Shown one piece after another: positions 1 through 8,769 of a stretch of 64,000 nt of DNA. The notes beneath the pieces were generated by a model that saw only the letters and a list, made by a program, of their open reading frames with translations, did not search any database and was not told the origin of the DNA. This stretch comes from an uncultured Nitrososphaerota archaeon (GTDB taxonomy: Archaea > Asgardarchaeota > Njordarchaeia > Njordarchaeales > Panguiarchaeaceae), in NCBI GenBank assembly GCA_964636085.1, contig CAZWPQ010000004.1, positions 979-64,978 on the forward strand, given 5' to 3'. The position numbers and the translations under genes are program-made. Positions within the stretch are counted from its first letter, which is position 1. Every line of letters begins with the position of its first letter.

Positions 1-60
1 ATTTTGCTTATCCCATAGCATGTTATTATAGGTATGTTCGGAGAGCAGGAGAATTCGCAA

Positions 61-615
61 CTATATATTCTCAAGCATCTTCTTTACTCTTTCAAATAGC
101 TTCTCGGAAAAATACATTACTTTTTTAAGCTTCTCTATGTACCTTACTGCTTGCTCCCTAGTAATCAAGTTGTTCTTCAGAGCCATTAAGATGATTCCTA
201 TACTTCCCCTGACCTCTAGTCCTTTTCTTTCTCCCAATTCTCTTGCACGTTCATCATCGCATAGGAAAACACAATTCTCCTCAATCGCCAACATCATCGC
301 TAAGTACTCTCCTCTCTCAACTCCATATTTCTCTGCTAATGATAGATTATGGGCTTTATACTCAACCACCTTTATTTTCCCTCGTTCGATAGCCTCCCCT
401 ATTATTTTTGCATCATCATAACCTAGTTCTATGCCAGTATTGACAGTCTCTCTCTCAACCTCAATGGGTATCAATATCTCCTCAAAGAGCTCCTCAAGAA
501 GCCACAGTGCACCGATCTTTGCCAAGTGTATAAGTGGACCAGAATTACTCACTACTCTTAATCTCTTTGGCTTCACGAATAACACTCTCTTCTGAGATCG
601 GATATTCAACCCCAT
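61..615 (-). CDS. PIN-like nuclease toxin, DUF3368/COG2405 type (partner of UPF0175 antitoxin)
   Basis: 184-aa ORF with the N-terminal 'VVSNSGPLIHLAKIG' motif and a later acidic 'LCDDERA' segment, typical of DUF3368 PIN-like proteins. It lies directly downstream of and overlaps a UPF0175-like ORF. The real start is probably the GTG at 552 (8-nt overlap with the antitoxin stop) rather than 615. Confidence 0.7.
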   Translation of the reverse strand: MGLNIRSQKRVLFVKPKRLRVVSNSGPLIHLAKIGALWLLEELFEEILIPIEVERETVNTGIELGYDDAKIIGEAIERGKIKVVEYKAHNLSLAEKYGVERGEYLAMMLAIEENCVFLCDDERARELGERKGLEVRGSIGIILMALKNNLITREQAVRYIEKLKKVMYFSEKLFERVKKMLENI

Positions 616-862
616 GCCTCCTCATAATCTCCTCCATCTCCCTAAATGATATCTTAAGGATCCTAGCAGCCCTCCAGACAGTTATTTTTCTGCGTTTTAA
701 TAACTCAAGTACAATTCTTAATTTAAGTTCTTTGGGGTCAAGGTCTAGAGCGTATCTGAGCACATCCTCGGCACTAATTCGAAGCTCATCAGCGATTTCT
801 CTTATCTTTTTTAACTCCTCCTCAGTGAGCTCCACCGTAACTAGAGCCATTATGAACACCAA
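545..862 (-). CDS. UPF0175-family antitoxin-like protein
   Basis: 105-aa ORF. The C-terminal half 'RKITVWRAARILKISFREMEEIMRRHGV' is the HTH-like signature of UPF0175/COG2886. It overlaps the downstream PIN gene. An alternative ATG lies at 850. Confidence 0.7.
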   Translation of the reverse strand: MVFIMALVTVELTEEELKKIREIADELRISAEDVLRYALDLDPKELKLRIVLELLKRRKITVWRAARILKISFREMEEIMRRHGVEYPISEESVIREAKEIKSSE

Positions 863-1512
863 AAGACATCCTACATATACACCATATATAGCATAATCAC
901 ATCATCTTAATTTAGTAAATATACTTTTAATAGTCTCACCTTTATTGCCATTGTTATGCATTACAATATGAATAATACATGCAATAATAAATGATTCACT
1001 ATATAATAACCTAATGTATAACAACTAAACAAAGTTTGGGTGCAAAGATGCATCCAGATAACGGATTTATTAAAATCTTAAAAATTTTTCTGTTTGAAAA
1101 ATTCTTTCGTTCTTGATTAGAGATCGACGATAAGCGATGGGCATACCCGTAATTACAGATTTTGTAGAGACTTTTATTTAGGCAGATATGGAATTTTAAG
1201 GATGTAATAACATCGAGAATCGTGTGAAATATAGCCTATTGGGTTGAACTTTGGAGCGCCATGGATAGGTCTAGGTATGGATATGACAAAGAAAGATAAA
1301 ACAGCACGTCAAATTTTTGTTGTGTCATAGATATATCAAACAGTACAAAAGGGACTTAGTACACTGGACGAACCAAAAAAACATTGTATACCCACTCAAA
1401 GGGGAGGTCCATGTAAACAGTCTATCAGATATGTACGCTACTGAGGATAATGTATAAAAGGTATCATCATATTTTGGGGTAGGAACTAATGGTGTAAAAA
1501 CACAGAATTTTT

Positions 1513-3105
1513 CTATTCTTTTTCCCGTTTTTTCCGTTTTAGGATTTTTCTTATGGTCTCCTCTGAGACATCTATTAGTTTTCTTATGTCCCGTGGGTCT
1601 CTTAGGCCATACTCTTTATATGCATACATGACCATGTGCTCGGTGGTTACTCGGAGCAGTCTTCTTTTTTGAGGTATATGGATTTTTAGTTCCTTCTCTA
1701 TCTGCTCGAGAATCGTTAGGACTAGCAGGCAGTAGTGGTGTTTTGTGATGTTTTCTTCTTCTAGGAGAGTGTCTACAAGGCCCCTCCAGTCTATGTTTCC
1801 TTTTCTAATAATCGTCTTTGCGTCTTCAATGTCCCTAGGTCGTGCAGATATAAGTTTCGTCAGGAGGAGATCTGTGTCTGAGAGGAGGAGAAGCCTTAGT
1901 TTCCCGTGCCTTTTCTCGGTAGTTCTATCTAGAATCTGTTTGATTATGGGTATTTTGCCTATCTTATTTAGGTAGATGTCTATGCGGGTTTTGTTTTTGT
2001 GTTCATAGACAAGGATATCGTTACTCGACCTCTTTTTATACCCAAGCACCTTTATTGTCTCGATAAATGCCTCCATTTCGGGTATTGTTAGAAACGCTAT
2101 GTCTATATCCTTTGTACTTGTCTTGTACCCCTTCATAACCATCTCTGCTCCACCAAATAGAACGGCCCTTATTTCTCTATCAAGTTTTATCCCTATCTCT
2201 CCGAGCACATCCTCTCTGAATTGTCTTCTTTTATATGGGGATAAGTCTATATTGTATAATTTAGCCAGCTCCTCTAGTTCGCTCCAAGGTAGAAATAGGG
2301 GCTCTTCGCTCCCCCATATATAGCGTTCTAGCTGGAAGAGCTTTTCTTCCTGCCTGAACCATCGAGCATAGAACATAAGTTTTGAATGGTCTACCGTGTA
2401 GTAGTATTTTGCATATAGGAGCGCCACCATCGTGTGCTCCTGCTTTGATTTCGCAGCCAGCAAAGAGTGGACTATCAGCTCTTCAACACCTATCTTCTTT
2501 GGTGGATACAAATATACGTCCCTATTAGGATCAACAGGTATCCCATACCTATCATAGATACTGAATGCTGTGGGGGTTCCATTCGCCTTAGATCCTCGTG
2601 GTATTTCCTTAATAATATAGTAGTTGTCCCGGTAGATCACGCGAGCCTCTGGCTCAACGCCTTCTAAAACACGGACAATTTGCATTGTGAGGACTCTCAG
2701 TTGGGGATCCATGACTAGGACGTATTTATTATCAATCTTCTCAACAACACCCCTCATGGATAAAGCATTTAATGTATTCCTGACATATTTCTCAGTGATG
2801 CCTAGCTCCATTGAAATATCCTTTACGCTCCGCGGCTCGAAAAGCCTAGATAATATAAGTGGTGTACTCCCCCGGAGAATCTCCTCTAAACGATACTTAG
2901 AATCAACCTGCACAATTAAATCCGCTAAGAAATGTGGCGCTTCCACATAGCCTCGACCCAGCTTAACTAGCCCCATACGATCAAGGTCTTTCAGTATACC
3001 AAGCACAGTAGCATAGGAAAGCCCCAAGATCTCGCTTATCTCACGTGTACGGATTTTCCTTCGCTTAGAAACTAATACTAAAATCCTCACCATATTTTTG
3101 CGCAT
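1513..3105 (-). CDS. Fusion protein: two N-terminal winged-helix domains, an AbiEi-like middle region and a C-terminal AbiEii/DUF1814-like nucleotidyltransferase domain
   Basis: 530-aa ORF. wHTH-like segments are 'IRTREISEILGLSYATVLGILKDLDRMGLV' and 'SVKDISMELGITEKYVRNTLNALSMRGVV'. The C-terminal 'VLFGGAEMVMKGYKTSTKDIDIAF' matches the GG...(S/T)xDxD minimal-NTase motif, followed by 'RPRDIEDAKTII'. Confidence 0.55.
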   Translation of the reverse strand: MRKNMVRILVLVSKRRKIRTREISEILGLSYATVLGILKDLDRMGLVKLGRGYVEAPHFLADLIVQVDSKYRLEEILRGSTPLILSRLFEPRSVKDISMELGITEKYVRNTLNALSMRGVVEKIDNKYVLVMDPQLRVLTMQIVRVLEGVEPEARVIYRDNYYIIKEIPRGSKANGTPTAFSIYDRYGIPVDPNRDVYLYPPKKIGVEELIVHSLLAAKSKQEHTMVALLYAKYYYTVDHSKLMFYARWFRQEEKLFQLERYIWGSEEPLFLPWSELEELAKLYNIDLSPYKRRQFREDVLGEIGIKLDREIRAVLFGGAEMVMKGYKTSTKDIDIAFLTIPEMEAFIETIKVLGYKKRSSNDILVYEHKNKTRIDIYLNKIGKIPIIKQILDRTTEKRHGKLRLLLLSDTDLLLTKLISARPRDIEDAKTIIRKGNIDWRGLVDTLLEEENITKHHYCLLVLTILEQIEKELKIHIPQKRRLLRVTTEHMVMYAYKEYGLRDPRDIRKLIDVSEETIRKILKRKKREKE

Positions 3106-3291
3106 TTTTCGTCCCTAATAGGGAAAAAATTTAAAATTTATTAAATATTAATTAAAGATTTAGTTACCAAAGAAGCAACTAAATTTTTAATAAAAACATG
3201 CCATCATGTTTACATTTAATCGTGCCAATGTTTTAATCAGATATATTGATATTATTAGACGTGTATCCTGATTTGCCAGGTGTGAATTTGA

Positions 3292-3495
3292 ATGTCTGCT
3301 ATACCAAAACTTGAAACTGTCTTGGATGAGCTTGTGGTGTTAAAGAGGAAAATCGATGCGATTCTGGAGCTTCAAAAAACGATACTTAACATAATAATGA
3401 AGGAGGAAGAGCCTGAGAGGGATGAGTTAGAGGCTATAAGAAGCGAGGATGAGCTTGCTGATGAGGACGAGCTTTTCAAGGTTTTAGAAGAGTGA
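3292..3495 (+). CDS. Putative RelB-like antitoxin (small acidic protein)
   Basis: 67-aa ORF with an E/D-rich C-terminus. Its stop overlaps (ATGA-type, 4 nt) the start of a RelE-like ORF. Its architecture resembles the 8560..8769 ORF. Confidence 0.45.
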   Translation: MSAIPKLETVLDELVVLKRKIDAILELQKTILNIIMKEEEPERDELEAIRSEDELADEDELFKVLEE

Positions 3496-3717
3496 CATTT
3501 AGGCTGAAGATTAAAAAGCACGCTCTCAAGTTCATAAAGGAACTACCTAAAAAAGATAAACAACAACTAAGAATTCTTTTTGAAAAGTTGAAGTTAGAAC
3601 TGATTCACTACAGAGACTACGACATTGTAAAGCTTAAGGGATTAAAGAATTCTCTTTTGAGTAATTTTCTCGTAGCCTCCCATAGACTCTGTATTTGTCG
3701 CGACAAATAATCGATAG
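3492..3717 (+). pseudogene. RelE/ParE-family toxin remnant (internal deletion/frameshift plus in-frame stops)
   Basis: The N-terminus 'RLKIKKHALKFIKELPKKDKQQLRILFEKL...IVKLKGLKN' is RelE-like, but the expected YRLRVGDYR core is missing. RelE-like C-terminal remnants 'RILF*VIFS*PPIDSVFVATNNR*' are readable only in another frame and contain two stops. Confidence 0.55.
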
Positions 3718-3760
3718 TTCAAAAAACACAAAAATGATTAATAATAGCCAGAATACTTAG

Positions 3761-4261
3761 CTACCATGTCCAGAATGAAGAGGAGCCTTGTGTAAAAGGA
3801 GATTGCGTATCTGTTCTCCTCAATCTATATAAGAGAAATATGATGTCGAAAAGCACGAAGATAGAAAGTATATCACAAATTGAAAAGAAAAAAGGGGGGA
3901 CAATAAGTAAAGCAATTGTATACGCTATTGCTAGAAGCACAGATGCGGTAAGCGATTCTCGACTAAACATCTTGGGCTTCTCATCCATGATTTTGAAGGC
4001 ACAATAGTTATATAGGTAATGTCTAGACATATACCAACTAGCCATTATTGCTAGTGCCACAGAGAAAAATGCTAGGATTTTCCTAGTGATATCGAGATGC
4101 AGTATAATGAACATAAGAATCATTGCCCGACCGAAATAATGGAGCTCTATAATCAACAAAAAAACGACCATCACACTATCTAAGGCTACTCTCTCAAATA
4201 TACATCTCCTCATTTTTCCTGACATATCGTCGCCAATCATGTAGAACATAGAGCTCACCAC
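3761..4261 (-). CDS. Hypothetical multi-pass membrane protein
   Basis: 166-aa ORF with about 4 hydrophobic segments. No motif recognised. Confidence 0.4.
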   Translation of the reverse strand: MVSSMFYMIGDDMSGKMRRCIFERVALDSVMVVFLLIIELHYFGRAMILMFIILHLDITRKILAFFSVALAIMASWYMSRHYLYNYCAFKIMDEKPKMFSRESLTASVLLAIAYTIALLIVPPFFFSICDILSIFVLFDIIFLLYRLRRTDTQSPFTQGSSSFWTW

Positions 4262-4448
4262 ATATTACTTATTCATAAGGACAGGATCCTGCCAAAGACC
4301 CGATCAATACTAAGTTGGATATGCTGTTATAAATTGTATATCTGATTATTTGTAACCAACAACCAAACATACACAATCTCATTCATCTCTCAAAAATCTT
4401 GTCAAATATCCTTGGAGTATTCTATTTAAAAATGTCAGATAGAAAAAG

Positions 4449-4712
4449 TTATTTTTTACCTAGAGCCTTTTTGATATCATCAAAAAATTTATCCATACTT
4501 CTGTACATCCTATATAGCATATCGCAGGGAAAGTCGCTACAGAAGGTACAGAGTTTAAGTCCCCTAGAAGAAGCGCAGTCCCTAATCTCGCACTTCTCGC
4601 TCCTCCACCAACAGCCAGGACAAGAATATTCCTTAGGTTTAAACACATAGAATGGGCACCAACCACAATAAAGGCCGCAGGGAGCTATGAGCTTTTCATC
4701 AATATCCATCAC
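4449..4712 (-). CDS. DUF3795-like cysteine-rich protein
   Basis: 87 aa. The pattern 'CGLYCGWCP...CPGC...CEIRDCA...CTFCSDFPC' matches the DUF3795 Cys pattern. Confidence 0.65.
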   Translation of the reverse strand: MMDIDEKLIAPCGLYCGWCPFYVFKPKEYSCPGCWWRSEKCEIRDCASSRGLKLCTFCSDFPCDMLYRMYRSMDKFFDDIKKALGKK

Positions 4713-5319
4713 ATCTTCACCAATAAAGCCGATATAATAACCTCCTCGGGCTTACTAGGTCAATAATGTCACACTAATCTCCCATAAAAAATATTATTTA
4801 AAGAAAGATGACAAGACGCAAACAAGAGCACATAATTCGGATGTAGAGATAAGTTTACTGTTCGGGTATTGCTGGCGGTTCTACTGGCTGAAACCTTTGT
4901 ATAGTCTGGATAAACTGGATAATCTATCCCCCTTGGGTCTGCTCGATCTAAACTAGAAATGCTGACCTACAGATTCGCATTGTGTGGAGTAGAGGAAAGG
5001 AAATGATATATTAGCTAGCATCATCATGATATGTAAGGATTCTGGAGGCAGAAATAAAGAAAATGAAACAAAAAATGTTCTCAGATCTCTATAAAACTAT
5101 TTAAATGAGAAAAAAATTTGTTTGGTAGTAGCCATAGCCAAGAATTATATAGACTCTAACTTTTTTCTTTAGAACTTCTCATTCTTACTTTTGGTTAGTG
5201 TCAAAAGTGATCGAGATAGTAGCTAAATCTAATGAATCATGTATGTCATTTTATAATGTGTTCCCTCTAATTGCTGGGTAAGATTAACTTTGAGCCACTA
5301 TCCCCCAGACCCCCCATGA

Positions 5320-5778
5320 CTATAGGCATAGTGGTAGATCCAATCGTAGATGTCTTGCTCGATAAGCGTATGTTCTCTTATTATTTGTTTTTCCTATCTG
5401 TTTTAACAGGAAATAATGATGTTTCGCGTCCTCGAGTATGTATTGGAGTATCAGCCTTATACTTGGATTTTTCACAATTTTGAGCAACTCGGAGTATACC
5501 TGCATGGCTTCTTCCTCGAGCCTTATATGCTCTTTTATGTCATCCATTAACTTGTCTCTTTCCTCCTCGGATATCATGCTCGTATCCCCCCTTAATAATG
5601 CAAGTAAGGCACCTAGCAATAGAGCGTGTTTCATCGAGTCGTAGGCAATTCCTAGTATTAGGTTCTTTATCAGTATGTTCTTTGTTTCCACTACGCTCAC
5701 CCTCGACACAGAAGCAATCTTATTCTCGATCTCTATCTGCCTGTTGAGAAAATCCTCTAACTCAGACAAATTAGTCAC
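5320..5778 (-). CDS. Ferritin-like/rubrerythrin-like four-helix-bundle protein (3' end possibly frameshifted)
   Basis: 152 aa. It has paired helices with 'DSMKHA' and 'LEDAKHHYFL' plus 'RLEEEAMQVY', a ferritin-like E/H pattern. The C-terminal tail 'KTNNKRTYAYRARHLRLDLPLCL' looks out of frame (see finding). Confidence 0.4.
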   Translation of the reverse strand: MTNLSELEDFLNRQIEIENKIASVSRVSVVETKNILIKNLILGIAYDSMKHALLLGALLALLRGDTSMISEEERDKLMDDIKEHIRLEEEAMQVYSELLKIVKNPSIRLILQYILEDAKHHYFLLKQIGKTNNKRTYAYRARHLRLDLPLCL

Positions 5779-5851
5779 CTAAAGTGAAGAGGTACACAAC
5801 ACTATATAGAATTATCTTAGAGGAATTTGTTCAGAATTATTTCCTAGAATT

Positions 5852-6787
5852 TTATGTCCTAGCGGTCTTCTCTTTCCACTTTAGGTATGCCTTAATCCCT
5901 TCAATGCTACGAAGAATGCTTCCTCGCCAAATATCATGGTTGGCGATTAGTTGCCAGCTACTGGATAGTTCTTTGTCTTTCTCTAACAGGGCATCAAGAA
6001 TATCATCTGTTCTTCGTGTAGCGTTACTACTAATGATCTCCACCCAGAGTCTAAGTTTTTCCCTATATCCCCTCAAATAATCCACCCCATCCTTGGTTAC
6101 TCCGTAATGAGGAAAACATATCGTTTGCGGGTTTATACCAATGAGTTTATCGAGTGACAATAAGGCCTTTTCAACATTGAATGGGGTTGGCGTTGTTGGA
6201 AAATATGTGTCCCAAGGGACAATATATACTCCAGCGGTGTCTCCGGGAAATATTACCTTCTTCCCTCTGAGCTCATATGTTACGCTATGCGATGCATGAC
6301 CAGGAGTCTCCCAGATAACAATTTTATCATTTCCCAAATCGATGATGCTACCTTCCTCGGCAATAATAATCCTCTCCTCGGGAACGGGTAAGATCTCGCC
6401 ATAGAAATCGGCTAGCTTCCCTAAAACCTCTTTTGTTTTTCTCCATAGAACCTTTGGATCCACCATATGGGGCACACCACGGGGATGCATTACTACTCTA
6501 GCATTAGGCAAATATTTGATAAGCTCTCCCGCCCCTCCCGCGTGGTCTATATGGATATGTGACAATAATATATATGCTACATCGTCGGGCTCTATTTCCA
6601 ACTCTTCAAGGGCTCTGAGTAGAAGTGGAATGGATTTCTTGGGGCCACAATCCACTATAGCAACTCTTTTATCAATAATAATATAGGTTGTCAAAAAGGG
6701 TTTCTGTTGGGGTAACGTATCAACAGCTACTATGTTATTGTGACGATCTATCACTGTAACATCCCTTCTAAAATAAATCAAAGCCAT
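5852..6787 (-). CDS. MBL-fold metallo-hydrolase
   Basis: 311 aa. Contains the classic 'LLSHIHIDHAGG' HxHxDH motif and a downstream 'ETPGHASHS' motif. Confidence 0.85.
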   Translation of the reverse strand: MALIYFRRDVTVIDRHNNIVAVDTLPQQKPFLTTYIIIDKRVAIVDCGPKKSIPLLLRALEELEIEPDDVAYILLSHIHIDHAGGAGELIKYLPNARVVMHPRGVPHMVDPKVLWRKTKEVLGKLADFYGEILPVPEERIIIAEEGSIIDLGNDKIVIWETPGHASHSVTYELRGKKVIFPGDTAGVYIVPWDTYFPTTPTPFNVEKALLSLDKLIGINPQTICFPHYGVTKDGVDYLRGYREKLRLWVEIISSNATRRTDDILDALLEKDKELSSSWQLIANHDIWRGSILRSIEGIKAYLKWKEKTART

Positions 6788-6916
6788 ATAAATACTCGGT
6801 TTATAAGCCTAATTGGTAATAAGCTTGCCGGAGAAAACATCGCACTTATCTTGGAAGTAATTGTTGAAGGAGGAGACATGGCCTCTCAGTTATCCTCCTT
6901 ATAGTGAAATAAGAGG

Positions 6917-7393
6917 CTAGCTCTGAAGAGTCGTAACATCGACATCTTTTAAGATTCTTATTATTCTAAATATCTCATCTGTTCCTGGATCCCTAGTATT
7001 TTCCTTAACTATTATTAGGAACGCCTTCCCCTTTATTTGTTCTTCATACCTAGCATCTGTGAACGGATTCTTGGCCCCAACCGCTGAAAATGGAGCCATA
7101 AAAACCATTGGATACTCTTTGTTGGATGGAATGTACCTAACTACCCATTCTATGTCGACATCCTGTGTAACATAATGGCCTACCAACAATCCCCTTAGTA
7201 CGTATGGAACATACCACTTGCGAAGAACAAGACTCTCTAGACGCTCGATATTAGCTAAAATTGGAAAGAAGACATGCTCATTTGTAGTAAATAGCCAAGC
7301 ACGAGATTCATTAGCATGAGGCACACCTATTTTGAACTTAAAAACAAGAGGTAATTTTTGTCCAACAGGAATAGATATAGAAGACATTTTCAC
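6917..7393 (-). CDS. Hypothetical protein
   Basis: 158-aa ORF of non-repetitive composition. No motif recognised. Confidence 0.4.
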   Translation of the reverse strand: MKMSSISIPVGQKLPLVFKFKIGVPHANESRAWLFTTNEHVFFPILANIERLESLVLRKWYVPYVLRGLLVGHYVTQDVDIEWVVRYIPSNKEYPMVFMAPFSAVGAKNPFTDARYEEQIKGKAFLIIVKENTRDPGTDEIFRIIRILKDVDVTTLQS

Positions 7394-7536
7394 TCACATT
7401 ACCGACATACATTACACAAATTGGTAATATATAAGTAGAAAAATATTTGTTGTTCTTTGAGATTCCAACCTGACATTTATTATCCTTGTTATTAGTTATT
7501 TCACAATTTAATAGTCTCATACTTTTGAATCAAATG

Positions 7537-7877
7537 TTAGTTGATTAATTCAACCTGGAGAGTTTTGTTCAGTTCTTCGGCAGCTTCTGCTATCTCAAGG
7601 AAATCCGTATCCTTAGTCACTATTTCTCCTCTATTTATGGCTATCGCAGCTATTACTAGATCCGCGAAAGCCTTAGGTTTTCCATGCCTATACAGTTCCT
7701 TCTGTAAGTCGTATGCTAATTTATATTCTTCGAGCAGAGGGAAATATATCGAGCCACGAAACTTTTTATAATAAGTATTCGTGGAAACTCTATCATTGTG
7801 ACTACAGTAATATTATCGGCAATGTGCTCCTTGTTTTTCCATCGAATTATTATTGCTGAAGTATCGAGTATAGCCAT
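7537..7877 (-). pseudogene. vapC: VapC-type PIN-domain toxin, disrupted by a 1-nt frameshift
   Basis: My own translation gives 'MAILDTSAIIIRWKNKEHIADNITVVTMIEFPRILIIK' in one frame. It continues as 'KFRGSIYFPLLEEYKLAYDLQKELYRHGKPKAFADLVIAAIAINRGEIVTKDTDFLEI...' in another frame. The span is 341 nt (3n-1). The junction is at a T5 run (plus strand 7763..7767). The PIN acidic residues (DTS, IEF, ADL, TKDTD) are all present. Confidence 0.7.
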
Positions 7878-8086
7878 CGGATTCTCTCCCTCTCGAGACC
7901 TCTCACATCGATAATATCGTGTTCAACACCTACACCAAATAGTGCTCTAGCTTCATCGGCCGAAAGTTTTGGTGGAGTGCGTTTGGCGTACACATCAATT
8001 ATAGCACGTATTAGTAACTCGAGGAATTTTTCGTCAATCCAGAAGGGAATCTCTATACTTATGTTAACTTTTTTAGTCTTTCCCAA
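7850..8086 (-). CDS. Putative VapB-like antitoxin
   Basis: 78-aa ORF immediately upstream of the VapC remnant, overlapping it by 28 nt. The assignment rests on position only. Confidence 0.45.
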   Translation of the reverse strand: MGKTKKVNISIEIPFWIDEKFLELLIRAIIDVYAKRTPPKLSADEARALFGVGVEHDIIDVRGLERERIRWLYSILQQ

Positions 8087-8301
8087 AATAGATCACCATG
8101 AAAATAAAGAATCTTTAATGCTTTATAAATATAGAATACAAGACATTACGATTACTGGACTAAAAAGAGGAGAAAAAGCAAAAACAAGAGTCACATGAAT
8201 AGATAAAATTCCCTCGTCTACGGAGGAGACAAGGAAATACCTAGAAAAACTATGACAATCAGAGAGGATAAAAAATATTCCGAACATTTATTTTTATATT
8301 A

Positions 8302-8558
8302 TTATTTTTTGTAGGCCTTTCTTCTTGGCAGAATAGCGTATACGAATATTTTGTCGCCTACCAGCTCGAATAGTATTCTGATGTTGCTACTCGAAGCCTA
8401 TAGTGGTTCTTTATTCCTTTCAATTTCTTGATGTCGATCCTCTGCGAGAATCCCTCGTCCCTCAAGACTATCAAGGCTTTGAGTATTCTTTGTCTGGTCT
8501 TCTTGTCGAGTCTTTCTAATTCCTTTTTAGCCTTCTTCTCAATGAATATTCTGAACAT
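8302..8558 (-). pseudogene. relE: RelE/ParE-family toxin, disrupted by a 1-nt deletion
   Basis: Frame 0 reads 'MFRIFIEKKAKKELERLDKKTRQRILKAL...IKKLKGIKNHYRLRV' then runs into 'ATSEYYSSW*'. Shifting one base restores 'NIRILFELVGDKIFVYAILPRRKAYKK*'. The span is 257 nt (3n-1). Restoring one G would give YRLRVGNIRILFEL. Confidence 0.7.
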
Positions 8559-8559
8559 T

Positions 8560-8769
8560 CTATTCTCCGAGGATTTCTTCGAGGGAGATAAACTCTACCT
8601 CTTTCCTCCTCTTGCGTTCTTCGTATTCTCTTATCGCTACTATCTCGTCCTCTAGGGGCTCGTCCTCGCCAACGAGCCTCTTCTCTACAATGTTTCTTAT
8701 GAATCTAGGCTCGGCATGGATCGCATCGATCTTGTCGAGGATTTTATGAATAGCATCTGTTGTTGTCAT
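8560..8769 (-). CDS. Putative RelB-like antitoxin (small acidic protein)
   Basis: 69-aa ORF ending 1 nt before the RelE start. It has an acidic C-terminal half. A TATA-like 'ttttataaa' lies upstream on the minus strand. Confidence 0.5.
   Translation of the reverse strand: MTTTDAIHKILDKIDAIHAEPRFIRNIVEKRLVGEDEPLEDEIVAIREYEERKRRKEVEFISLEEILGE

Noticed and set aside
1400-1480. Minus-strand 'atgatga ... ctga' pair in the 600-bp intergenic region upstream of the wHTH-NTase gene.
   Set aside because: The internal D'/C' boxes are absent ('atta', 'tcctcag') and the flanks cannot pair. It is probably a chance match in AT-rich DNA.
4860-4990. Slightly GC-richer patch in the 600-bp non-coding region between the DUF3795 gene and the ferritin-like gene. 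I considered it as a structured ncRNA.
   Set aside because: I could not fold a convincing extended helix by eye. The GC enrichment is modest compared with what structural RNAs show in AT-rich thermophile genomes.
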